In this document: in pieces, positions 20,232-30,035 of the stretch
How the letters are laid out: each line of letters opens with the position of its first letter
Numbering within the stretch: position 1 is the first letter of the stretch
From: an uncultured Gemmatimonadales bacterium
GTDB taxonomy: Bacteria; Gemmatimonadota; Gemmatimonadetes; Longimicrobiales; RSA9
Assembly (NCBI GenBank): GCA_963783305.1
Contig: CAWAMW010000002.1
Coordinates: forward strand, 736,001 to 800,000
Direction: 5' to 3'
Length of the DNA stretch: 64,000 bases
Notes under the pieces: generated by a model
Database searches by the model: none
What the model was told of the DNA's origin: nothing
Seen by the model: the letters and a program-made list of their open reading frames with translations, nothing else
Translations under genes and position numbers: made by a program

Positions 20232-20699
20232 ATGACTGGTCGCGTAGAAGCACTCTGGCTGAAGCCCGAGGAGTATGGCCCCATGAAGCCCGTGGACGAG
20301 CTCCGGGTCGTTCGCAGGACCGGCATCGAGCACAACGCCGACTGGGGCGGCCAGCGGCAGGTCACCATCCTGGAGAAGGAGCGGTGGGACGCAATGTTGG
20401 CCGAGCTCGGCGATCCCGACGTGGATCCCGCCGCCCGACGCGCTAACGTCCTCGTCTCCGGCTGCGACCTCGCCGACTCCACGCACCGGGTCCTCCGGAT
20501 CGGCACGGTCCGGATCGAGATCCGGGGCGAGACCCGCCCATGCGAACGCATGGACCAGGCGCACCAGGGGCTCCGCCGCGCCATGGCCGCGCCCTGGAAC
20601 GGCGGCGCCTACGGGATCGTGCTCGACGATGGCGCCATCCGCGTCGGCGACGACGTGGAGATACTGGCGGACGTCCCGGATCCGGCCGGGACGTCGTAG
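20232..20699 (+). CDS. MOSC domain protein
   Basis: RQVT, RRANVLV, ETRPCERMD, GAIRVGD. Confidence 0.88.
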   Translation: MTGRVEALWLKPEEYGPMKPVDELRVVRRTGIEHNADWGGQRQVTILEKERWDAMLAELGDPDVDPAARRANVLVSGCDLADSTHRVLRIGTVRIEIRGETRPCERMDQAHQGLRRAMAAPWNGGAYGIVLDDGAIRVGDDVEILADVPDPAGTS

Positions 20700-20748
20700 C
20701 GACTGGACCGGGCGGGCTGCAGGTGTCGCCTCCCTCGCCCGCCTCGCA

Positions 20749-21315
20749 TCACCCCCCGCCACCCGGCCAGTCCGTGTCGCCGGTGCGCGTCAGGTTCATC
20801 TCGAAAAAGCGCACGGGCTCCTGCCCCGGCACCATCCGCTCCCCCACTTCCCGCCACGTCACTCCGCTGATCACCGCCGTGTACCGGATCGTGGCGGGCC
20901 CCGCCCGGATCTCCCAGATGTAGCCGTCCGCGGTGGGCGTCACCGGGAAGTCCCCCGCCTGGCCCTGCGCGTACGATCGCATGCTGTACCTACCCGTGGC
21001 CGGGTCGTACGAGATCACGCCGAGCGCGTTGAAGATCAGCTGCCCGTCCGCGTCGTATCCCCGCCCTTCCACCACCTTGACCGCGCCCCCGAGCATGGGC
21101 CCCGCCCTCTCCGTCTGGTCGATCTCGTGCGTCTCGCCCGACGGCAGCGTCATTCTCGCCTCTCCGCGCCACGTACCGTCCATGCTCGACAGCTTCGCCA
21201 GCGCGTCCCGCTGCGCAGCCACGAGCGCCGCGGGATCCGGTCGCTGTGCCGACACCGCTGAGGGGATGAACAACGCTGCGCACAACACGACTTGGAGCCC
21301 TGCCGATATCCTCAT
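20749..21315 (-). CDS. Secreted DUF1579-like beta-barrel protein
   Basis: Signal peptide; MDGTWRGE, GVISYDP, WREVGE. Confidence 0.75.
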   Translation of the reverse strand: MRISAGLQVVLCAALFIPSAVSAQRPDPAALVAAQRDALAKLSSMDGTWRGEARMTLPSGETHEIDQTERAGPMLGGAVKVVEGRGYDADGQLIFNALGVISYDPATGRYSMRSYAQGQAGDFPVTPTADGYIWEIRAGPATIRYTAVISGVTWREVGERMVPGQEPVRFFEMNLTRTGDTDWPGGGG

Positions 21316-21614
21316 TTACGCTCTCCGATCATCGCTTCGAGTCGATCCACATAGTGCCGAAAGGCCTCGGTGCCTTCCGACGTCAGGGCGTAGCGCGTCA
21401 CCGGCTTCCGGTCCTCGAACCGTTTGTCCACCGACACGTAACCCGCCTCTTCCAGCTTCTTGAGGTGCGCGCCCAGGTTACCGTCCGTCGCACCGGTCCG
21501 GTCCCGCAGGTACGTGAACTCCGCATCCTCCACCCCCGCCAGGATCGACATCACGGCGAGCCGGATCCGGGCGTGGATCACGTCGTTCAGCCGCTGGTAG
21601 TCGAACTCGCTCAT
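21312..21614 (-). CDS. Winged-helix transcriptional regulator (HTH_34/MarR-ArsR-like)
   Basis: VIHARIRLAVMSIL, TDGNLGAHLKKLEEAGYV, KPVTRYALT. Confidence 0.9.
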   Translation of the reverse strand: MSEFDYQRLNDVIHARIRLAVMSILAGVEDAEFTYLRDRTGATDGNLGAHLKKLEEAGYVSVDKRFEDRKPVTRYALTSEGTEAFRHYVDRLEAMIGERK

Positions 21615-22243
21615 GCCACGTCCAGCGCCCCCCCGCCTTTCGTGCCGGCCGCGCGCCGTCGCGCCGCCCCGTTCAATACCACTCCGGGCACCACCAGCAG
21701 CAGCACCGCCATCGCCGCCATGAGTAGCAGCGAGTAGGGGCCGCTCAGGAACAGCATCACCCCGCCACCCAGCCACCAGCCGGCCGCGACCAGCCCCAGC
21801 CAGCGCTCCCCCGTGAGCACCATCGTCACCAGCACGGGCGCGCCGATCACCGCGCTCATCACACCCGGCAGCGCCACATCGCTCAGGACCCCGCCCCACA
21901 TTCCCGCCAGCCCCAACAGCGTCAGCGATACGGCGGACGCCACCCACACCCCCGTCATCAGTCGACGCGCCAGCGTCCGCACCCGCGGGGACCGCCCGTC
22001 ACGCCACCCCACCCACGCCGACGACCCCCAGCCCACCACCAGCAGCGCGCTCCACACCAGCCCCGGGTGCGGATAGGTCGCTCCACCCGCGGCCACGAAC
22101 GCGTACGTCAGCACGGCGCCAATGGCGCTCACCACACCCCAGATGATGAAGTGCTTCCCCCGGTCCACGACCTCCCGCCGCCCGTCCTCCATCAGCTGGC
22201 GGATCATCTCCAGGTCCTCGCGTGCGCTCTGCTCCGACCTCAT
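21611..22243 (-). CDS. Hypothetical 6-TM membrane protein co-transcribed with the wHTH regulator
   Basis: AREDLEMIRQLME N-terminal helix plus 6 hydrophobic segments; ATGA overlaps. Confidence 0.8.
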   Translation of the reverse strand: MRSEQSAREDLEMIRQLMEDGRREVVDRGKHFIIWGVVSAIGAVLTYAFVAAGGATYPHPGLVWSALLVVGWGSSAWVGWRDGRSPRVRTLARRLMTGVWVASAVSLTLLGLAGMWGGVLSDVALPGVMSAVIGAPVLVTMVLTGERWLGLVAAGWWLGGGVMLFLSGPYSLLLMAAMAVLLLVVPGVVLNGAARRRAAGTKGGGALDVA

Positions 22244-22267
22244 GGTGCCCCTTCCGATTAGAGTACT

Positions 22268-22300
22268 CTGTATAATAGAGCCGGTGGGGGCCACTGTCAA
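22268..22300 (-). promoter_or_regulatory. Sigma70 promoter with overlapping palindromic operator
   Basis: Minus strand TTGACA (22300-22295), 17 bp spacer, TATTAT (22277-22272); CTCT-N7-AGAG inverted repeat over the -10. Confidence 0.75.
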
Positions 22301-22344
22301 TATTTCCATTTGCACCCCTGGAGCCGTCGCGCGACCTTCCCGCC

Positions 22345-23151
22345 ATGTCATCGGACCCCGAGATCCAGATCCGCTTCCGCGGCCCCCTGGTGGAAGCTCG
22401 CTTTGTGGAGCGCCCCAACCGTTTCCTCCTCCGGTGCGAGCTCGCCCGGTCCGCGGACTTGACGCCCGCCAGGATCCGCGAGCGCGCGCCCGGCGTCCCG
22501 GATGCCGACGACGAGGAGTGCGTGGTGGAAGTCCACATGGCGGACCCCGGTCGTCTGAAGGAGCTGCTCATCCCCGAGAAGCGCGTCTGGATTCGCCACG
22601 CGGCATCCCCCAGCCGCAGAACCGACTGGAGCGCCGTCCTGGTAGAGTCACCGGACGGCAGCGGCCTCGTCTCGCTGAACACCACGCTGCCCAACCGGCT
22701 GATCCACCGGGCGCTGGAGGCCCGTGCCCTGGAAGAGCTCGAGGGGTGGGAGCTGGAGCGCGCTGAGTTCGCCATGGGTCGCTCCCGGATCGACTTCCTG
22801 CTCGCGCGGGAGCCATCGCGCAAGCTCGCGCTGGAAGTGAAGAGCGTGACCCTGGTGGAGGGCGGCGTGGCGCTCTTCCCGGATGCCGTGACCGCACGTG
22901 GCGCCCGCCACGTCCGCGAGCTCACCGCCATCGCCGGCACCGTCGACGATTCAGGCGCGCGCTGGGAGGCCGCGATCCTGTTCGTGCTTCAGCGCGACGA
23001 CGCCCACCGAATCGAGGCCGCCCGCTCGATCGACCCGGACTTCGCCGACGCGCTGGCGGAGGCGAAGGCGGCCGGGGTCCGGATCCTCGGACGCCGGTGC
23101 CACGTGACCACGGAGGGCCTGGCGCTGGGGCCGCCCGTCCCCGCCTCGTGA
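22345..23151 (+). CDS. sfsA: DNA/RNA nuclease SfsA
   Basis: ERPNRF, HMADPGRLKELL, SRIDFLL, EVKSVTL, FPDAVTARGARH, IDPDFA. Confidence 0.92.
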   Translation: MSSDPEIQIRFRGPLVEARFVERPNRFLLRCELARSADLTPARIRERAPGVPDADDEECVVEVHMADPGRLKELLIPEKRVWIRHAASPSRRTDWSAVLVESPDGSGLVSLNTTLPNRLIHRALEARALEELEGWELERAEFAMGRSRIDFLLAREPSRKLALEVKSVTLVEGGVALFPDAVTARGARHVRELTAIAGTVDDSGARWEAAILFVLQRDDAHRIEAARSIDPDFADALAEAKAAGVRILGRRCHVTTEGLALGPPVPAS

Positions 23152-23167
23152 GGGTCCGCGGCCCGCC

Positions 23168-24055
23168 CTACGGCAGCTCCAGGAGCACGCCTTCACTCAC
23201 GCCCACGTTCGGCACCACCACTTCCTCCGCCCCCGCCAGCTCCGCCACCCGCAGGTAGATCCGACCGGCGGGCACGATCACATCCGCGCGGTCCGGCCGG
23301 AGGCCGAGCTCCGCGATGCGCCGATCGTAGGACAGCGCCTCGACCCTCGCCATCGTCTCCCTCAGCGCCTCCAGCCCGACTCGCGCGGCGCCCGTCGCGT
23401 CCGGTTCCGCGCCGCTCAGCTCCGCCAGCGTCTCGATGTTCCCGCCGGTAGCGAGCACGCCTTCGAGCTCGTCCGAACGCGGCAGCGCGAGCTCCTCGTC
23501 CAGCCGCCTCAACGCCTCACCCACGCTGTCGCTGTCCCCTCCCTCTGCGCGCTCCAGCAGCCGCACCGTACCGAGCGGGTACGTGGCCGACCGCTCCAGC
23601 GCGGCGTCGTGGGTGATCGACACCTCCAGGCTGCCGCCCCCCAGGTCCACCAGCACCCACCGGCCCTCCACGTCCAGCCGGTGGCGAACCGCCCGCCAGA
23701 CCAGCCGCGCCTCCTCGGCGCCATCGATGACTTCGATCTCGATGCCGGCCTCCTGCCGCGACCGATCGACCAGCTCACCGCCGTTCTCCGCGTCCCGCAC
23801 CGCGCTCGTCGCAACGGCCCGGTGTCGCGTCACCCCGTACGCGTCCATCCTCCGGCGGAACTCCACCAGCGCCTCCACAGCCGCATCCAGGTTCTCGTCC
23901 GTCAGCCGTCCGGTGAGGAACGTGCTGTGGCCGAGCCGCACCGGCGCCCGCAGGTAGTCGAGTCGTTCCGGCTCGCCATCCGATCCCGTCCGCGCGATCG
24001 TGATCCTCATCGCGTTCGACCCGATGTCCACCGCCGCCATCCTGCCGTCTTCCAT
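23168..24055 (-). CDS. ppx: Ppx/GppA family exopolyphosphatase (short form)
   Basis: AVDIGSNAMR, ATSAVRDAEN, DLGGGSLE, DRADVIVP. Confidence 0.88.
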   Translation of the reverse strand: MEDGRMAAVDIGSNAMRITIARTGSDGEPERLDYLRAPVRLGHSTFLTGRLTDENLDAAVEALVEFRRRMDAYGVTRHRAVATSAVRDAENGGELVDRSRQEAGIEIEVIDGAEEARLVWRAVRHRLDVEGRWVLVDLGGGSLEVSITHDAALERSATYPLGTVRLLERAEGGDSDSVGEALRRLDEELALPRSDELEGVLATGGNIETLAELSGAEPDATGAARVGLEALRETMARVEALSYDRRIAELGLRPDRADVIVPAGRIYLRVAELAGAEEVVVPNVGVSEGVLLELP

Positions 24056-24102
24056 CTCGCTCCTCACTTCGATTTGCGATGTCCCGCACGCCCTGCCCCG
24101 CA

Positions 24103-24148
24103 AACCGTGAACCGTGTACCGTGAACCGTGAACGGCGCCGCAGCCGCC
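24103..24148 (+). repeat. Heptamer tandem repeat (AACCGTG)x4 plus GC-rich tail, copy 1
   Basis: AACCGTG AACCGTG TACCGTG AACCGTG AACGGCGCCGCAGCCGCC. Confidence 0.85.
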
Positions 24149-24203
24149 CTGGGCGCAGCCGCGCAGTTTGCCGTCTCCCGCCCGCCCCGCATACCTTCCT
24201 GCC

Positions 24204-26888
24204 ATGCACACTCGCCGGACCCTCCTTACAGCCCTGACCACACTCCTCCTCGCCGCGCCCGCCGCGGCCGGAGGTCAGTCCCTCGTTCCCGACTACGACG
24301 GCGCCGCCGCCACCGGCCTCGCCCTCCGTCGGCTCGGCACCACCGCCCGCGTGCTCCACATCGGCGCCCACCCCGACGACGAGAACACCGCCCTCTTCGC
24401 GCCGCTCGCCCTCGGCCGCGGCGTGGACGTTGCCTACCTCTCCCTCACCCGCGGCGAAGGCGGACAGAACGGCATCGGCCCGGAGCTGGGCGTCGCGCTG
24501 GGCGTGATCCGGAGTGAGGAACTCCTGGCCGCCCGTCGGCTGGATGGCGGAGAGCAGTTCTTCACCCGCGCCATCGATTACGGCTACTCCAAGAACGCAG
24601 AGGAGGCGTTCCGCCACTGGCCCCGGGACACGCTCCTGGCTGACGTGGTCGCGGTCATTCGGCACTACCGGCCGGACGTAGTGGTGAGCGTATGGAGCGG
24701 CACGCCGCGCGACGGCCACGGCCAGCACGAGGCCTCCGGCATCATCGCCCGGGAGGCCGTCATCGCCGCGGCCGACCCCAGCCGCTTCCCGGAACAGATC
24801 GAGGCGGGGCTCCACCCCCACGAGACGGCCCTCTACTATCGGTCCGCCTGGTTCTCCGAGGGGCCGCCCGACGTGGAGCTGAACACCGGCGAGCTGGATC
24901 CGCTGCTCGGCGCGTCCTACCACCAGATCGCCATGGCCAGCCGGAGCCGACACCGGTCGCAGGACCAGGGCCGCCGCCTCGATCCCGGCCCGCGCCGAAC
25001 CGCGTTCGACCTCGTCGACCCCACCGCACCGGTCGAGGTGGCCGAGATCCGGTCCTTCGGCCGCTACGGCGAAGGGGCGCCGGAAAGTACCCGCTCGCTG
25101 TTCGAGGGCGTGGACACCCTCCTGTCCCAGCGCGCCGACCACCTCGCCCGCCTCGCAGAGGGTGAAACCCGACATGCCCTCGAGCAGAGCGCCCGCCGAT
25201 TCCGCGCGTACGAAGAGCTCGTGCGGGGGGCGCGCGAAAGCTTCGATCCGTTCTCTCCGTGGACGGTCGTGCCTGCCCTGCTGGAGGCCCAGGACCTCCT
25301 GATCGACGCGGCCGTCCCCGGCAGCCTCTCCTTCCACGCGCGGCAGGAGATGGAAGACCTCCAGGACGCGCTGCTCTCGGCCGCCAATATCGAGCTGGAG
25401 GTCGTCGCGGACGAGTCCCGCGTGGTGGCCGGACAGACCTTTCGCCTCACACTCTCCGCGTGGAACGGCAGCCCCACGCCCGTGACGGTCGTCATGGTCC
25501 CAATGTTCCGCGGCGGCCTCCACGAAGAGCTGATAGAGGGGGTCGACCGGAGTACCGTGGCGCCGGGCGAACGAGCGACCGCCACCTGGGCCGTAACGGT
25601 GGCCCCGGGCGCACCCCTCACCATGCCCTACTATCTCGACCCGAGGGAGCCCGCGCCGGTAGACCTGTACAGCTGGCCGGTGATCACGCGCCCCATCACA
25701 CACCGCGGGCTCGCGGTCCAGGGGCTCCCCTTCTCTCAGCCACCGGTCCGGGGGTTCTTCGCGGTGGATCTCGCCCAGGGCCACCGCTCAGTACCCGCCG
25801 CCCGACCGGCGTCCTGGATCGGCGTCGATGCCCGCGACGGCGAGTACCGGGAGCCGGTCAAGATCGTGCCGGCCGTCTCGGTCGCCATGGAGCCGGAGCT
25901 CGCCGTCCTCCCGCTGTCCACACCGGACCGGCCACTCCCGTTCACCATCCGCCTCCGGAGCCAGGCCGCCGACACCATCGCCGGCGACCTGCGCCCACTC
26001 GTTCCCGCCGGCTGGAGGGCTAGCCCGGAGTCCCTGGCCGTGACGCTCGAGCCAGGCGCCGACCACGCCTTCGATTTCGAGATTACCCCGCCCGCAGGCA
26101 TAACGGCCGGCGAGTACGAGATCGAGTCCGAGCTCCTGGCGGAGGACGGCACCCGCTACGATCTCGGGTACGACGTGGTCGACTACCCACACATCGCGCC
26201 CCACCATCTCTACAGCACCGCCCGCGCACGCGTGCGAGCGGTGGACGTGGAAGTCGCGGACGTACGGGTCGGCTACGTCATGGGCGCCGGCGATGGCGTC
26301 CCGGAGGCCCTCGACCAGCTCGGCGTCGACTGGTCGCTCCTCGATGACGGCGCCCTGACGAACGCCGACCTCTCCCGATTCGATGTCATCATCACGGGGA
26401 TCCGTGCCTACGAGGTGAATGACGCCCTCGTCGCCTCCAACCAGCGGCTCCTGGACTGGGCTCGCCGCGGCGGCACCCTCATCGTCCAGTACAACAAGTA
26501 CCCCGCCCTTTCCCGCGACTACGCGCCCTGGCCCGTCACCATCGCCCGCCCCCACGGCCGGGTCACGGACGAGACCGCGGCCGTCACCGTGCTCGAGCCG
26601 ACACACCCCGTCTTCACCACCCCCAACGGCATCGGCACGGCCGACTGGCAGGGCTGGGTCCAGGAGCGCGGGCTCTACTTCTGGGATACCTGGGACGGAC
26701 CACTCACGCCGCTGCTCGCCATGAGCGATCCCGGTGAGGAGCCGCTGACCGGCTCACTGCTGGTGGCTCCGATCGGTCAGGGGACCTACGTCTACACCGC
26801 ACTCGCTTTCTTCCGGCAGCTGCCCGAGGGCGTACCCGGCGCCTACCGTCTCCTGGCCAACCTCATCTCCCTCGGAGCCGACAGGTGA
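24204..26888 (+). CDS. Secreted PIG-L/LmbE family deacetylase with NEW3-like Ig domain
   Basis: Signal peptide, AHPDDE, TRGEGGQN, HGQH, C-terminal FFRQLPEGVPGAYRLLANL. Confidence 0.92.
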   Translation: MHTRRTLLTALTTLLLAAPAAAGGQSLVPDYDGAAATGLALRRLGTTARVLHIGAHPDDENTALFAPLALGRGVDVAYLSLTRGEGGQNGIGPELGVALGVIRSEELLAARRLDGGEQFFTRAIDYGYSKNAEEAFRHWPRDTLLADVVAVIRHYRPDVVVSVWSGTPRDGHGQHEASGIIAREAVIAAADPSRFPEQIEAGLHPHETALYYRSAWFSEGPPDVELNTGELDPLLGASYHQIAMASRSRHRSQDQGRRLDPGPRRTAFDLVDPTAPVEVAEIRSFGRYGEGAPESTRSLFEGVDTLLSQRADHLARLAEGETRHALEQSARRFRAYEELVRGARESFDPFSPWTVVPALLEAQDLLIDAAVPGSLSFHARQEMEDLQDALLSAANIELEVVADESRVVAGQTFRLTLSAWNGSPTPVTVVMVPMFRGGLHEELIEGVDRSTVAPGERATATWAVTVAPGAPLTMPYYLDPREPAPVDLYSWPVITRPITHRGLAVQGLPFSQPPVRGFFAVDLAQGHRSVPAARPASWIGVDARDGEYREPVKIVPAVSVAMEPELAVLPLSTPDRPLPFTIRLRSQAADTIAGDLRPLVPAGWRASPESLAVTLEPGADHAFDFEITPPAGITAGEYEIESELLAEDGTRYDLGYDVVDYPHIAPHHLYSTARARVRAVDVEVADVRVGYVMGAGDGVPEALDQLGVDWSLLDDGALTNADLSRFDVIITGIRAYEVNDALVASNQRLLDWARRGGTLIVQYNKYPALSRDYAPWPVTIARPHGRVTDETAAVTVLEPTHPVFTTPNGIGTADWQGWVQERGLYFWDTWDGPLTPLLAMSDPGEEPLTGSLLVAPIGQGTYVYTALAFFRQLPEGVPGAYRLLANLISLGADR

Positions 26889-27070
26889 CCGACGCCCCCT
26901 GGAACCGCGACGGCCCGCACGACCCCGATCCGGCGCCCGGCGCCCCCGAGCGGCTGCCGCCGGAGGTGCGAAAGCGGAAGGCGCGCTGGCTGTTCGCGCG
27001 CGTAGTCATCGTGCAGGTCGTCGCCCTGGCCGCACTCTGGCTCCTCCAGGCCACGTACGGAAGCCCATAG
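26885..27070 (+). CDS. Small single-TM membrane protein
   Basis: Overlaps both neighbours; C-terminal TM helix, as often found before SSS transporters. Confidence 0.65.
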   Translation: MTDAPWNRDGPHDPDPAPGAPERLPPEVRKRKARWLFARVVIVQVVALAALWLLQATYGSP

Positions 27071-28776
27071 TGCACTGGATCGACTGGACCATTGTCTTCG
27101 CATACCTGGCCTACGTGGTGTGGGACGGCCTGCGACGCTCCGAGGGCACGGACAACATCGAGGGCTATTTCCTCGCCAATCGCTCCATGCCGTGGTGGGC
27201 CGTGGGACTCAGCGTCATGGCCACGCAGATGAGCGCCATCACCCTCGTGGGAACCACCGGGCAGGGCGCCACCGACGGAATGCGCTTCGTCCAGTTCTAC
27301 TTCGGGCTCCCGCTCGCCATGCTCATCCTCAGCGTGACCCTGGTTCCGTTCTTCCACCGCGCCAAGGTCTACACCGCGTACGAGTACCTCGAGCAGCGGT
27401 TCGACGCCCGCACCCGCTCCATGACCAGCGGCCTTTTCCTGCTGTCCCGGGGCATGGCCGTGGGCGTGGTCATTTCCGCGCCCGCCGTGATCCTTTCCGC
27501 CACCCTCGGCCTCGCGTTCCCGCTGGCCGTGGCCCTCATCGGCGTTCCCGCCGTCGTCTACACCATGTTCGGCGGCGTACAGGCGGTGCAGTGGACGGAC
27601 GTGAAGCAGATGTTCCTGATCATCGGCGGGCTCGGCGCGCTCCTCGTCATCCTGCTCATGGGGATCCCCGAAGAGGTCGGGATCGGCGGCGCGCTCCAGG
27701 CCGCCGGCGCCACCGGCCGACTCGACACGTTCGACTTCAGCTTCAGCCTGAACGAGACCTACACCTTCTGGTCCGGCCTCATCGGCGGCACCTTCCTCAT
27801 GCTCTCGTACTTCGGCACCGACCAGAGCCAGGTCCAGCGCTACCTCACCGCACGCTCCGTCGACGAGGCCCGCAGCTCCCTCTTCATCAGCGCCTACTGG
27901 AAGATCCCGCTCCAGGCCATGGTCCTGATGATCGGCGTGCTCGTCTTCGTCTACTACCTCTTCAGCCCGCCACCGCTCCTCTACAACGTGGAGCACGAGC
28001 TCGCCGTGCAGGCCGGCGCCGGCGCCGAGTACTCCCAGCTCCAGGAACGATACGACGACGCCTTCCAGACTCGACGGCAGGCCGCCATCGACCTGGCTAC
28101 CGCCCGCGGCGCCGGCGACCGTGTGCTCGCCGATCGCATGGTGGAGGAGTTCCTCGCCGGGAACGACCGTGTCGACGCCGTCCGCACCGACGCCCTCGCC
28201 CTCGCCGAGCGGACCACCGGCGAGAACCCGCGCGACGTCAATTACATCATCCCCGCCTTCGTCCTCGGCGAGCTGCCCATCATCATCCCCGGCCTCTTCA
28301 TCGCCGCGGTCCTGGCCGCCGCCATGTCGTCCATCTCGAGTGAGCTGAACTCGCTTTCCACAGCCACGGTCATCGACTTCTATCGGCGGCATCTCCGGAC
28401 CGATGCCTCCGATTCGCATTACCTGATGGTGTCCAAGGTGGCCACCGGCTTCTGGGGACTCTTCGCCTGTGGCGTCGCCCTCTACGCCGTAGCACTGGGA
28501 TCGCTCATCGAGGTGGTGAACCGCTTTGGATCGTTCTTCTACGGCTCCATACTCGGCGTGTTCATGCTCGCCTTCGTGCCCCGCGCTCGCGCCCGCGGCG
28601 CTTTCTTCGGACTCATTGGAGGGATGGGCACGGTGGCCCTCGTGAGCGTCGTGGCCCCGGAGATCTCGTTCCTGTGGCACAACGTCATCGGGGCAGTGGC
28701 CGTGGTGACGATCGGGACCCTGCTGAGCCTGACCGTGCCGCCGGACCGCGACGTCGCCGCTGCCAGCCAGCCGTAG
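27070..28776 (+). CDS. Sodium:solute symporter (SSS) family transporter
   Basis: YFLANRSMPWW, SVMATQMSAIT, TDQSQVQRYL, AAAMSSISSELNSLST. Confidence 0.93.
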   Translation: MHWIDWTIVFAYLAYVVWDGLRRSEGTDNIEGYFLANRSMPWWAVGLSVMATQMSAITLVGTTGQGATDGMRFVQFYFGLPLAMLILSVTLVPFFHRAKVYTAYEYLEQRFDARTRSMTSGLFLLSRGMAVGVVISAPAVILSATLGLAFPLAVALIGVPAVVYTMFGGVQAVQWTDVKQMFLIIGGLGALLVILLMGIPEEVGIGGALQAAGATGRLDTFDFSFSLNETYTFWSGLIGGTFLMLSYFGTDQSQVQRYLTARSVDEARSSLFISAYWKIPLQAMVLMIGVLVFVYYLFSPPPLLYNVEHELAVQAGAGAEYSQLQERYDDAFQTRRQAAIDLATARGAGDRVLADRMVEEFLAGNDRVDAVRTDALALAERTTGENPRDVNYIIPAFVLGELPIIIPGLFIAAVLAAAMSSISSELNSLSTATVIDFYRRHLRTDASDSHYLMVSKVATGFWGLFACGVALYAVALGSLIEVVNRFGSFFYGSILGVFMLAFVPRARARGAFFGLIGGMGTVALVSVVAPEISFLWHNVIGAVAVVTIGTLLSLTVPPDRDVAAASQP

Positions 28777-28905
28777 GAGCAGCGGCGTGCTTTCGTGGCC
28801 TGGCAATGCCGCGGTGGGGTCACCGCCGCCCCGGGGCCACACGCACTACCCCGCGGCGAGCGGCACCCGCTCCGCCAGACCGCCCCGACCGCTTCTCCGA
28901 CCGGC

Positions 28906-29943
28906 CTACTCGCCCACGACCGGCCGCGCCTCCGAGCCGAGCTCGAGGCCCCACGCCGAGGCCAGGCGCGTCAGGGCGCCCGGCGGCAGCCGCACCGCGT
29001 AGTCCCGGTTGTTGGGCGTCCGGTCCAGCTTGAAATGCGGGTTCAGTGACTTGATGTCCTCCAGCGTGATCCCGGCCGCCTGCGCCACGCTGCCCAGCTT
29101 CGTGGCCGGCGGAAGCATCACCTCGTCATACGCCAGCGGCGCGATCGGCTGGACGTGGTCGAAGCCGTACTTCGCCGGATCCTTCCCGATCCGCGCGGCC
29201 GCGATCATCAGCGGCACGTAATCGCGCGTCTCCTGCGGGAGCTTAGACCAGATCTTGTAGTAGTCCTCTTCGCTCTCCGCCTTCTCACGGCCATACGTCT
29301 CCCGCATGACACGACCCACGCGGTTCTCGCCCGTGTTGTACGCCGCAGCCGCCAGATACCACGAGCCGAACCGGTCGTGCAGCTCATCCAGATAGTCGAG
29401 CGCTGCGTCCGTCGCCTTCACCGGGTCGTTCCGCTCGTCCACCGCTCGGTCGATCTCCAGGCCATACCGCTGACCGGTCTCCGCGATGAACTGCCACAGC
29501 CCCGACGCCGCCGCGGGCGAGTACGCGTTCGGCTGGAAACCCGACTCGATCATCGCGAGGTAGATCAGGTCCCGCGGCATCCCCCGCTCCTCCAGCTTCT
29601 CCAGCAGCATCGGTACATACCGCCCCGAACGCGTGAGGAAGCCGTCCATCTTCTCCCGCATGTCCGGCACCGTCGTGAACCGGTCCACCCAGTAGTCCAC
29701 CCGCTCGTGCTCGAGGTTCGGCAGGTCCCACTGGATCTCCGCTTCCGCGATCGCCTTCTCGCGAGCCACCTCCCGCGATGCCTCCGCCACTCGGTCCCCC
29801 TGCGGCCGCTCCGCAGGCACCATGAAGGCACCCCCGAGACCCGCGAGACCGATCACGCCACCTACGATCACACGGCCGCGACGCTGACTGATCCAGCGCG
29901 GCATCGGCGGGCCCTCGGAATCGGGTGCTCGTTCGTTCTGCAT
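28906..29943 (-). CDS. MltD-like lytic transglycosylase (SLT domain)
   Basis: LAMIESG, ASGLWQF, DERNDP, AAYNTGE, ETRDYVP. Confidence 0.9.
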   Translation of the reverse strand: MQNERAPDSEGPPMPRWISQRRGRVIVGGVIGLAGLGGAFMVPAERPQGDRVAEASREVAREKAIAEAEIQWDLPNLEHERVDYWVDRFTTVPDMREKMDGFLTRSGRYVPMLLEKLEERGMPRDLIYLAMIESGFQPNAYSPAAASGLWQFIAETGQRYGLEIDRAVDERNDPVKATDAALDYLDELHDRFGSWYLAAAAYNTGENRVGRVMRETYGREKAESEEDYYKIWSKLPQETRDYVPLMIAAARIGKDPAKYGFDHVQPIAPLAYDEVMLPPATKLGSVAQAAGITLEDIKSLNPHFKLDRTPNNRDYAVRLPPGALTRLASAWGLELGSEARPVVGE

Positions 29944-30035
29944 GGTGCCTCCAGGCGGGATGGACAAACAACTGTTCCAACCCTTATACGTGCACGATCC
30001 GGACCATGTTCCGCCCCTCTCGCGCGCCCCCCACA

